This document shows, piece by piece, positions 38,415 to 49,200 of a DNA stretch of 64,000 nucleotides. Position 1 is the stretch's first letter; every line of letters starts with the position of its first letter. Origin of the DNA: Microthyrium microscopicum (Eukaryota); NCBI GenBank assembly GCA_010405405.1, contig MU004241.1:310001-374000 (forward strand), written 5' to 3'. Under the pieces are notes generated by a model. The model worked only from the letters and a program-made list of their open reading frames with translations. It was not told where the DNA came from and did not search any database. The position numbers were made by a program, and so were the translations under genes.

Positions 38415-38695
38415 TTTCGCTTGGAGGATGTGATAGATAGTTTTCTGGGGATGACAGAATTGATATTGGAACGGAAGACGCAGGGTTGGAATCCTCAAAA
38501 AAAAGCAAAAAATCGCCGATCAATGCGGCTCAAAATGGTTCGCCGGGTTTCAAACGCCGGTAACTGTGCTGACTGATGCCGATAGCGAGTTCTTCATGTC
38601 CTGTACCACATTACACCCTTACGATTAACAAAGAATACCTGCCAGCTTCAAGATCTTTACTTGGTTGTCGGAGAGATCTCTGCAGACTGCGGATA

Positions 38696-39712
38696 ATGGA
38701 TCCATCAACTCCATCACAAATCAAGGCCGCTCCCGCACCCTGGAACATCAAAGCAGAAACTTACTAGTTTGTGCTAAAGCTGGCATCAGGCTCAGATAGC
38801 GACAAAGGAGTCTACGCGCCGCTAGAAGCTGCATCACCCGTTACTACTAATGCCGAACAAGTGGGAAAGCACTGTGGTGGTTTGGGGCTCATAATGATCG
38901 TCCGCTATGCCGACACACCATGCGGTTAGTCCCCGGATAGAACTGTCGCCAAAATCGTGATCAAAAAGTGTAAATATGCGGAGGACAATATTGACACGTA
39001 CAGGTCCATACGACGAGATGATGCTCATTCCAGGAGCGTTTGACGTCCCTAGCAAAAACAAGAAACGACTGCGCATTACACGAATCTATGTTAGCCAGAA
39101 AGACACCATGTATAATGGTATGCTTTCCCCAGCAAATGTTCTAGTGTTGAAAGCGAAAATATGATCCGAAAGCTGATCAACTGTATAGGTCGTGTGAATT
39201 GGAATATCCCCAAACATCTCGCACGCTTCACATTTTCATCACCACCAGTCTCTGCGTCAAATCCAACGCCCAAGCATCTGCAAATCTCCCTTTTCCCACC
39301 AAACCCAGCAGCCATCAATCCATTCTTCTCAGCAACAGTCCAGCCATTTACTTTTCCACCTGGTCTACCGCTCAACACCACATGGCTGCCCTCTTACTAC
39401 GGAACCACTACTTTACCGCCTCTACCATCTGCACTGTCAGCTCTAGATGGCGCTTGGTCGGCAGACGACGAGCAGATAGATGTCATGTATGCCCCAGGCA
39501 CAGATGAATGGTGTGAGTTTAGTGTTATCATGAAGTCGCGTAGGGCACGGTGTTGCTGGGTGAAGGTTGAGGGACCTGAAGCGGGCAGTGAAGAGGAGGC
39601 GGAGGCGCAGAGGTGGTGGCCGCAGGGGAAGAAGTGGAAGCCGTGGGCCGTTGGTCTTTGGATGGAGAATGCGGATTTGGAGATTACGGAGGGGATTAAA
39701 TGGAAGAGTTGA
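38696..39712 (+). pseudogene. Acetoacetate-decarboxylase-like fold protein with one in-frame TAG at 38765-38767
   Basis: APAPWNIKAETY*FVLKL...GGLGLIMIVRYADTPC/GPYDEMMLIPG...RITRIYVSQKDTMYN/GRVNWNIPKHLARF. There are two canonical introns and no other lesion is visible. Confidence 0.75.
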
Positions 39713-39787
39713 GAAGCAATTCCTAGTCTGGACGATAGCAGGAATGGCCTCCAGATCCGTAAGCATGATTATTAGATGGTGTCGGTA

Positions 39788-42331
39788 TTATGACATAGGT
39801 ATTTTGAAGGCTCGCTTCTTATTGCCACTGAGATCTGTGTGTATGTAGCTTTCAGCAAGCTTGTCGTTGTGAAAGACGTCTCTCTGGTCTCCTACTGGGA
39901 GTATGATGGCCAGTTCTGACCAGGCGGGTTTGAAGCCATTGGCTTTGATGTCTAGCTTGACTACCAAGTTATCCTGTTCAGCGACACCAGAGGGGCCGTA
40001 GGCCAATCTGAACTCTGCTATGTTTGGGTTTGCAGCCATACCATCATCTTCATACCATACATAGTCGGAAGGAGAAGCGTCCCAAGCCCACTGCTTCGGA
40101 GGAAAGATTTCGACGCCTCGGTAGTTATCAGGTGCTAGATGTCCCGGATTCGTCTTTTCTCCTGGCGATAATGTCTGATATGGTCTTCCAACAGGTATCG
40201 CTGACCCTATCCTCGCCAATATCGGGATAGAGTCCTTCCAGTCGCATTTGATTGTCACCCAATGGCCCTCCTGAAACTCTTGGAAGGGTGCGTTTAGGTT
40301 TATGTAGTCGCGAGCCTCTGACCCTGGGCGAGATTTCGGCAAGTAAACGTCAGAAATAGTCTGGCCTTCTTGGTATACGCCGCCTATCAGAAGTGCATCG
40401 CCAAACCAATACTGGTTATCCCCTTTCTTCAACTCTTCTGTCCACACTTCTGGATCATGTTCAAAGCCCCATCCGATCCATCGCTGTATCGGAGTCGCAA
40501 ACTGATGACTTTGAAGATGTAATGAATATGTGTATGGTATGAGCTCATATCTTCTCTTCATGGCTCGACGAACCAACGGTGTGATCCTCGGATACATCCA
40601 GGGCTCAATCACATCGCCCACGTTGTTGTCCTTCGGCGATGTTTTAAAGCAGTTGATGGCAAGTCTAGGCGAGTGGACGGCGTATTGTATCCAGCGAAGA
40701 AGAAGTTCTGGACTGGGCTGTGGACCCTCGAAGCCACCACAATCATGGCCGTAGCATTGCAATAGACAGAGACCAGCGTTGATGGTTATAGCATTCGCAC
40801 CTTGCATTGAACTCCAGCGGGTGTAGTTGTCACCGCTCCAGGAGCTTGCTGCGTATCTCATGGTGCCTGGAGTTGCCGATCTCGTAAGAACGAAGGGTCG
40901 AATGTTTGGGTCCATATCAACCAAGGCATCGTGCGACGCCTTTCCCATCAATTCAGTCTGAATTGCTCGACCCCAGAATCCGACATCCTTTCTCGTGCTC
41001 TCGTCTCCGTTAGCCTCAACAGCTGGATTATCCAATTTGCACTCCCAGCCATCATTCGGGATTGTATACTCATTATTATCGTTCCAAATCACTTCAATGC
41101 CCACCTCTCTCAACTTCTTAACGCCCTCATACCACCACTGAAAGCCCGCTTTCGACGTGAAATTAACATGACTCCCCTCACCACTCTCACCTCCACCAGC
41201 ACTCCACAGCCTCGCCACCGCCGTCTCCCTACCCATCTTGAACAATGCTCCCTCTCTCTCCAACCTCTCATACTCCGGATGATTCCTCAACACATAAGGC
41301 TTAACATTCGCAATGATTCTAACACCCGCCTCCCTCATCTCCCCCACAAAGCCCTTCGGATCCGGAAACCTCCGCCCATTCCAAGTAAACACATTCCTAG
41401 TTTTCGGCTCCGTCTCCGCAACCGTATACCCGGAACTCAACTGAAATCCCGAGCATGGAATATCATACTCGCTCAACAAATCCGCAAAATCCAACACCGC
41501 TTCGTGCGCCGGTGGATCATCCAGCATAGAATACTTCATACCGCCCGCAATATACCCAAATGCCCACCTAGGCACGAGTTTCGGATAACCCACGATCTCC
41601 GCGTAGCTAGTTACGACCTCAGAAAGCGTTTTGCCGATGATGATATATTCTTCTAGTCCACCATGTGCTTGGCGGTATACTTTATATCGTCCCCAGAGAC
41701 CGTCCATCTCTGAACCAATGGAGTAGAAGCCGCGCGCATGGCTGGTGGAGAAGAGGCCAACCACACCATCTGCTGAGGCGGTTAGGAGGAGGGGGATGTG
41801 TTTGTAGAGGGGATCAGTGCGGTAGGCGTCGTAGCCGAATGAATCTGTGGCGGAGAGGACGAAGGCGCGGTTGGAGAGATCGAGAGGTGCTGCCTTCTCG
41901 CCGAGACCTGCGTGGAGATCACCTAGACGGTAGGTGGTGTAGTGGGCGATGCCGGGACCGTCGAGGGCGTAGGAGCGGTGGGGGAGGTCGGCGTGGTAGA
42001 TGTGTTTGGTTTTGGTGTCTTGAATTGTGAGGATGGGGGTGTGGGTCCAGTCGAGGGAGGCTGTTGTGTTGGGGAGGGTGATGGTTGCTGAGGAGGAGGT
42101 TTGGGTGAGTCTGGGTTGTATATTGGCTAGATTGGTTGAGAGTGGTTTGGCACTGCGGTGAGGAGGAAGGGTGTGTTTGTTGGTTGTGAATGTTGTGCGG
42201 AAGATGGATGGGCGGACGGCTTCGAATGTGAATTTGATGGTGATACCCTCGCTCTTACTTTCTAGCTCTAACAAGCTTTCCGATGCTGATGTGAGTTCGT
42301 AGTCTTGTGGGACTACTTCGTATTGGGCCAT
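39788..42331 (-). CDS. Glycoside hydrolase family 31, intracellular (alpha-glucosidase/xylosidase-like, WNDNNE type)
   Basis: GLGEK, DPLYKHIP, RRFPDP, IWNDNNE (nucleophile), LTRSA, WSGDN (acid/base), GHDCGGF and ELLLRW. Intronless, no signal peptide. Confidence 0.93.
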   Translation of the reverse strand: MAQYEVVPQDYELTSASESLLELESKSEGITIKFTFEAVRPSIFRTTFTTNKHTLPPHRSAKPLSTNLANIQPRLTQTSSSATITLPNTTASLDWTHTPILTIQDTKTKHIYHADLPHRSYALDGPGIAHYTTYRLGDLHAGLGEKAAPLDLSNRAFVLSATDSFGYDAYRTDPLYKHIPLLLTASADGVVGLFSTSHARGFYSIGSEMDGLWGRYKVYRQAHGGLEEYIIIGKTLSEVVTSYAEIVGYPKLVPRWAFGYIAGGMKYSMLDDPPAHEAVLDFADLLSEYDIPCSGFQLSSGYTVAETEPKTRNVFTWNGRRFPDPKGFVGEMREAGVRIIANVKPYVLRNHPEYERLEREGALFKMGRETAVARLWSAGGGESGEGSHVNFTSKAGFQWWYEGVKKLREVGIEVIWNDNNEYTIPNDGWECKLDNPAVEANGDESTRKDVGFWGRAIQTELMGKASHDALVDMDPNIRPFVLTRSATPGTMRYAASSWSGDNYTRWSSMQGANAITINAGLCLLQCYGHDCGGFEGPQPSPELLLRWIQYAVHSPRLAINCFKTSPKDNNVGDVIEPWMYPRITPLVRRAMKRRYELIPYTYSLHLQSHQFATPIQRWIGWGFEHDPEVWTEELKKGDNQYWFGDALLIGGVYQEGQTISDVYLPKSRPGSEARDYINLNAPFQEFQEGHWVTIKCDWKDSIPILARIGSAIPVGRPYQTLSPGEKTNPGHLAPDNYRGVEIFPPKQWAWDASPSDYVWYEDDGMAANPNIAEFRLAYGPSGVAEQDNLVVKLDIKANGFKPAWSELAIILPVGDQRDVFHNDKLAESYIHTDLSGNKKRAFKIPMS

Positions 42332-42835
42332 GCTGCTGGTTCCAAGTTCGAATACACTCTGGAGGGCTGACAATGATGAAGGTTGCGAAGTACTGGCAAG
42401 TATCAATTGATGATCGTATTGAGCTTTCTCGAACCTTTGAAGCTTGATCCTAAGCTTGCAGTACGACCCCGCCAAGTATTTTCGGAAATCCCCAATCAGA
42501 GACAAATACATGAGCGTGCCATGATCTTAATGGGCTAATTGGTTAGTTGAATCACTGTTCCTGCAGTTAAGCTTGATACCTACTACTGTACGTAGCGGTT
42601 AGGAGGCACCCAGGGTTCCCGGCGGTATCGTTGGTAGAGAGTACTGTTTCAATCAATAAATTCGCTACCGAAGCTGTCCTTCGTTGTAGATATACAATAA
42701 CGCTGACCTTTGGGGTATTACCAATACTTTTGTAGTTCATATCTTCGTTTATTCCTGCCATCGAGTGGAATATTGCATACTAGGGCTCATCGCATCCCGG
42801 AACCATGGGCTGGCTTCAGAATTGTGTAGCAGGCT

Positions 42836-45305
42836 CTATCTGCTTACCACAGCCATCAGCGATTCCTTAGTTATGACGCCCCTGGCATATTTCAACTCAT
42901 CCGAATCCGCATAGAATTGTGCAATCGTCATGGGCTCTTCCATGTTGTCTGTGCATTCGGCAGCGTAAGGGCGATACTCGGTGAAAGATCGAACAATGAA
43001 ATCGTCCCACGCATACTTCGCCACTTTAGCTTTCTGCATTTGAACGCAAGTGTTGGTGAATTGAGTCAAGTTCCCGGTATATTCCGGGTAAGTTGTTCGA
43101 AATTCTCTCAGGACTTCGCTAGGACTCAAAGCTTGAGTAGGGCTGGGCCCATTATCTGGCCTATACTCAGAGATGCGTCGTGGTGGAGCCGTAGCCTTGG
43201 GCTTCATCTGCTCCCGCTCCGCACGCGGAGTGCTCCAAAAGGTCGCGGCACTCATAGGGCCTTGAGGCGTGCTGGCTACTGATGCTTGAGTAGCAAGGAT
43301 TCTGCTTGATGGTGGTTCTGAAGCACGTCGAGATTTGACCTGCTCTTTGAGATGATTCAGCGTCCGATTGTCCGTCTCTTGCATGGGCTGCCTACGTGTT
43401 GGACGCTCTTGAGTGGAGTCGAATTTGGGAGGAGCTTTGAGCACAGATGTAATTTTTGATCTTTTCGGTGGGCCATCAACTTGTTCTTCATTTGGACGCT
43501 TGAGATGTCTACTTTGAACTTCGTTATTTCTGCCACGGACTGAGGGCTCAATCGTGCTCGGTATCACAGTGTTTCTAGCAGAGGTGTTTGACTCGTCGCT
43601 AAGAGTCTGGGTGATACTCTGTGGTGACGCAAATTCGCGACGGCTAGCAGATGGTGTGCTTGGAATAGGACTTGGTCGCTTCTTCATCGAAAATCCGACA
43701 AAATCTGTATTTTTGGAGGTGGTGTTGAGCGATTTTGGACGCGAAGCTAGGTTATTTGCCGATTTGTTAGTCCTGTTTGTCGGTTGCCCACCCGCCGTGG
43801 AATCTGGAGAAACCTGTACGGGACTTGGGACTTGAGAGTAGCCATCGTCCGTATCCGAAGGCAGTTTCATTTCTGGATGTTGATGAAGAGGCCGTGGTTT
43901 GACTGGAGTAGGCGAAGGCGTCCACTGGGTGAGCACCTCGTCGTCTTCGTCTTCGTCGTCGTCTTGGTCTTTGACAGCATCCACTTTTGAGTTGCGGGTA
44001 TTACTGGATTCAGGGAGACCGTCGTCAGAATCTGAATGGCCGCTCTCTTGGGTTGAGTCACCGTCGGAATCTGTATCGGTATGAGATTTTGAGGAGTGCT
44101 TTGAGATTCTTGCAGCTTCCAGTTGCATAGTCTCCTGGTCTTGATACAGCTGTTCACGTATTGCACCCGGTAAGAAGACGTCACGCAAACCGTGAGGTGG
44201 CTTCTTCCAGCCTGATAAGTCAGTATTGAAACACACACGCGGCGAAGAACCTACTAGTGAGGCTTTCCAGAATTTGTTCCTGGTCCGGGGATGTTTGAGC
44301 AGTGTGACAGCTCGGTTTAGTGATGTGCTAAGTGAAGTTTTAGTACTGACATGACATGACAGGCACCAAATAGAAAACTCACTGCCCAATTATCTAATGC
44401 ATTTGAGCTGAGTTTTGGCGGGTATGCCATGGCCTGTTCAGGTAAGCCTTGACGGGCTTGAAAAGCGGCTAAGGCGGAATGAGCGGCAAACGCGAGTTCC
44501 TTGTGTGGATTGTCGGGCTCCCCGGCTGTGTCTGAAGCAATAGTCTCGAGTAGTTCTACTTGTAAGGGTGACGATGGTCGAGGCGTCAATGGCAAGATGG
44601 CACGCGGCCTGGGAATAGGATTGAGGTGTTCAAACTGAGCCCAGCGTTCAGATAGCTCCTGAATGGCAGACACCAGGCCGATTGGCTTAGGATTGCCGAC
44701 GTGAGGCTGTTGATCCACAACAGAATCAAAGTCTTGCAAAATGAAGAGAGGGTCTATATGGCTGGGTTCAGAAGGATTTTGCTTCAAGCTGAACTGTACG
44801 GTTATGACCTTGAGGCGGATGATGTTGCCAATGTGGAGGTTCTTCACTTTGTAGTGTTTGGTTTTAAGATCTTCTTGGCCTGATTTGGAAACATATGCCT
44901 GCACATGAGTGGTGCCATCAGAAACAGAAAAATAGTTCCTGTGCTTGGTGTGATGAAATGAGTAGATCTAAGATTCAACGGTGAGATTAGTAAAATGAAA
45001 CCGGTGGTACGATTTGGTTGAGGAGAGGGAAGATTAAGAAATGGAAAGGATACCTCACGAACCTGAAGTGATTCTGGTTCTGAACCAAAACGGATGATCA
45101 AGGTTAGTGTTTTGCGATGTCTATCAAGTCTCGGTTGGACCTGATATATGGGAGAACTGGAAGAATCCAATTCAGTAGGCAGCCACGAAGTAAATGACAC
45201 TTCAGTCGCGGCGGACTCAGTAGCCTTTGTGGAGAGTTTTTGCCAGGTCTTTAGTAATTCGCGTTGGATAAGAGGACCAATCCAGTCTGTCAAAAGGGTA
45301 GCCAT
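42836..45305 (-). CDS. TPP1/Est3/Tpz1-like telomere protein (N-terminal OB-fold, disordered linker, conserved-looking C-terminal domain)
   Basis: LTDWIGPLI...LQVRE/IYSF...FSVSDGTTHVQA...GNIIRL...GNPKPI matches the TPP1/Est3 OB pattern. Spliced DQEQILESLTSW motif. C-terminal FRTTYPEYTG..F...C...WDDFIVR. Introns at 44968-45053 and two near 44216-44381. Confidence 0.7.
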
Positions 45306-46298
45306 GGCCAGCAGTGCATGCTGAGGAAATGGATATTCTGGCGTAAGGCCGTCGCAAGATTTACATATGGATTGATAGTAACAGCTTCCGAATGCTGGAA
45401 CGCGACGAGGTTGAAGTAAGAGTAGCGGAAAGGTGGGAGCCCCCCACGATGTTGCCTATAATAGCCCCTGCAAGGATAGGACTAGCTTGGCGAAACGCGT
45501 GAGCACATGACCAGCCATGTGGCACTTCTAGATCAACCCCGCATTATTGTTCTTGCTCAGAGTACCGTATGTCAAGTGCAGCATAAAAGTAGAGCCAAAC
45601 GAACACTGCTATATCAAGATACGAGGCCTGATTTGGAGATATGACCGAGAGTCTAAAGTGCCATTACAGAAAAGGCCTGCGATCCCAAGACAAAATGTAG
45701 AAACAAAGTACATTTAGACATATATCTACGTGCGAGCAAACATCAATATTACAGATCACAAAAACAAAGCTATGTGCCTAAAGCTGAGCTAAGATAGGTT
45801 CCAGCTACTACAATATTCCTACAGCGATGAGTTCTTACGTATAGCAGTCACTTGCTTCGAGTCCAGAGTTTGGGTCAAATGTTGAAACGAAGAACAGAAG
45901 GTGTTAGTGATTGGTCCAGCTGACCAGCCTCATGCACGCTAAAAATTAAGGTTATCGATAAGATGGCTGGAACAAGGATCAAAGAATCAAGATCAGCGTC
46001 ATTGCTTACTACTCAACTACATACCTCCATCAAGTCACTCAACACCATCCTTTTCCTCCCAACACCTACTACATGGTACCAACGCACCTACGCGCCTCAA
46101 GACGAGACTCAACATGCCGCAGTCTCGCCCGGCTTCACCCTCGCCAGTTTGTCGACCGCCTTCTTGTCACACCATGCCCAACCGCAGCCTAATTGGTGAC
46201 TTTCTGGGCAGTCATACTAACTTTTGATTACGCGTTCCGCACTCCTTTCTGGCCCTCTAGATATTTCTGGCTATTCAATTTGCCGCTATCTGCACATC

Positions 46299-49200
46299 AT
46301 GTCGCCTAATAAAGAGCCGGCAAATCCTAGCCCAGCTCCCTCGTCTGCTGGTGTCCCTATACATCACTCTCGCCGACCGTCATTTGCATCTCAAATTTCC
46401 CGCTCTACAGTCGAGCACGATGTCAACGCACAAGCCCTGGACAAGATTCATACTACCGCCTCCAAGACAGATACTCTCACCACTTTTGACTTTGGATCTC
46501 CACCTAGACCTCCCAGCGTCGAGAGTCGCGCATTTGCTGGCGACATAGTCCCAAGTGGCCTAAGCCAGCTATACAATAGATTCAAAGCTTCAGTCGGAGG
46601 AACTAAGGAAACAGCACCATCTTCGCCTGCTACAGAGACTGCAGACGACGCTTCAATCATTAGCGGAATATCTACTGCAGATCCCCTTCGAATTACTGGC
46701 ATCTCTTCTCCACCCAATCCATCCACCATATCATCTCGAATACAATCTCCGGCGGCTCCAACTTTCCCAGATACCAGTTCCTCCAAGCCCCAGCTTACTA
46801 GCCCAACAAACCCATCGTTTCATTCCGTTATGACCCCTACCACTCCTCGATCTCATCACACTGAGCACTCTGCTGGTGGTCTAGAGAAGCGTGGGCAAAG
46901 TAAGTCGAGATACAGTGATGGCCGTCGGTCTAGAAAACAGTCGGGCGTCAGCAGATTTCAGCATGATTCTATTGATAGTATACCTCAAACTATAGAGCAC
47001 CCTGTATTGCCACGGATTGAGACTCACCTGCAGCAAGAAAACGAACGAACGCCACGGCCGCTTAGCAGATTTCATGATTCTAGAACCATTGTGGAATCTT
47101 CCATGTCTCCATCGCGCAAGAAGAAAGTCGACAAGGATTCTGCAAAGCTCCCCTCTTTCAAATTTCCTGAGGGTGATAGACCACCAATCATACACGTCAG
47201 TCATTCTCATCTTCCAAACTTTCAGGTTTCCCGAGAAACATCCATCGATGGCGATTATAGCTCCAAAGCTAGCGCCGGTAGTGCAGCACGCCAAGGCGAC
47301 GTCTCTGCCGTCGATGATTTGAGGAGGACACAGATGTACGACGACACGATGATGCAAGAAGATCCATCTGCTCGAATGAAGAGCAAGGTTCTGGCCAAAG
47401 AATTATGGATGAGAGACGAAACTGCAAAAGAATGCTTTTACTGTGGCGAGCCATTTTCTACATTTCGACGAAAGCACCATTGTCGCATATGCGGAAACAT
47501 ATTCGATGGTAAATGTACCAAACTAGTCTCAGGAGCGCAATTTGGCCAGTCTAACAGTCTTCGGATTTGCAAACCTTGTGAGGCTATTGTTCAAGGAACA
47601 GACGACGATTCTTCCGTCTACTCCGACGACTTCGACCGAGTCTCAACTGCTGGAGGACGTTCATCTTCACCTCGCAGGTTCGAACGTAGTGGCCTACGAA
47701 AGGCGCAGGTTGATGACATTAATCTGCAAGCGCCATCCTTAGGCATCCCTGTTGCTCGAAAGATGGGAGGATCAAAGAGAGGCTCTGCTGTCATAGAATT
47801 TACCAACGAACATTCTCTTATCCGACCGAGCTCTTCAAGATCTCTCAAGTCTTTAAGTGGACTGCACCGCGTTCCGAGTCATAAACGCCATCATTCGAGA
47901 CAAGATCATCAACATATGAAGAGCTTGAAGCACCATCATGATGACCGAGCCCCTTTTCAAAGAGAAGCGGAAAGATCGGGCAAAGGAGTTTTACCAGCGT
48001 TGCACCATGACAACATCATTGATCCAGATCTAGCTCCATTCATGTCCGATGAAGATCCTAGTGAAGACGAAGCAATGAGTATATTTGCTACTCTCAACGG
48101 TGAGGCTCAATCTCCCGGAAAGGATTCTGAAAAGGCCGGCCTTGCTTCCTTGATGAGCTCGTCGCGTCGAAAAGCCTGGCAAACTGGTAGCGTTGCGAGC
48201 CGAGATGCAGATAATATTAGTCTACTCAGCAAAAGCATGTCACGCCAGCGTCGGCGGAATCCCAGTGTTAGTAGCTTTTACCATCCCTCGCGACCTTCAC
48301 CCAAGCGCATGAAAAGCAATAGCCTCCTCAAGGGCTTTTCTGTTCCAGGCTTCGGTGGCTCCCCTTCCACTCCCCAAATGCCTTTACCGGCTTCTCCGGT
48401 GGCGAGTGGGTATAAAATGATTCGAAGTTCAGCAATGAGAGGCTCATCCGCGCCGCCTGTTGAGCTCAATCAGGCCAGTCTACAACACGTCCGAAATTTG
48501 TTGAAGCAAATGCTTGAAGATGCAGAAATTCCCGAGGCAAAGCGTTGGGAGAAGGCAATGATGCCAATCCTCCTTCAATGTACTGATGACGTTACCCCTG
48601 ACATTCATCGAAGCGATGACATTGATATTCGTCATTACATCAAGCTGAAAAAGATACCTGGTTCGAAACCTGGAGATACAGCATATGTTTCTGGAGTAGT
48701 TTTCACCAAGAATCTGGCACTGAAAAGTATGCCACGAAGTATCGCCAATCCTGGCATTCTGCTCGTTACTTTTCCCATTGAGTACGCACGCCATCATTCT
48801 CATTTCATGAGCCTTGATCCTGTCATTGCGCAGGAGCGGGAATACCTCAGCAATCTGGTAAAGCGTATTGCTGCTCTTAGTCCACAAGTGCTACTCGTGG
48901 AGAAGAATGTTTCTGGGCTTGCGCTTGGCTTTCTTGAACAAGCTGGAATTGCCGTCGTTCCAAATGTAAAAGCTTCGGTTCTTAATGCGGTCTCTCGCTG
49001 TACGCAGACCAAGCTTATCACATCCATCGACAAACTCACGACTTTGGATCCCGAAGAACTCGGGAAATGCGCAAGCTTCGACGTCAAAACTCACGTCTTC
49101 AAGTCCATCAAAAAAACTTACATCTACTTGAGCGGGTGCCAGAAAGATTTAGGTTGCACCATCGTGCTACGAGGCGCTGATGTGGAGAATTTACGAACCA

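Noticed and set aside
40931..42030. Long antisense ORFs over GH31 (also over FAB1 and the 18438 gene)
   Set aside because: Explained by codon bias and local skew on the sense gene.
44968..45053. Intron donor GTATCCTTT matching the U12 (minor spliceosome) consensus
   Set aside because: The branch site near the 3' end is U2-type (TACTAAT), and filamentous ascomycetes are not known to retain the minor spliceosome. Most likely coincidence.
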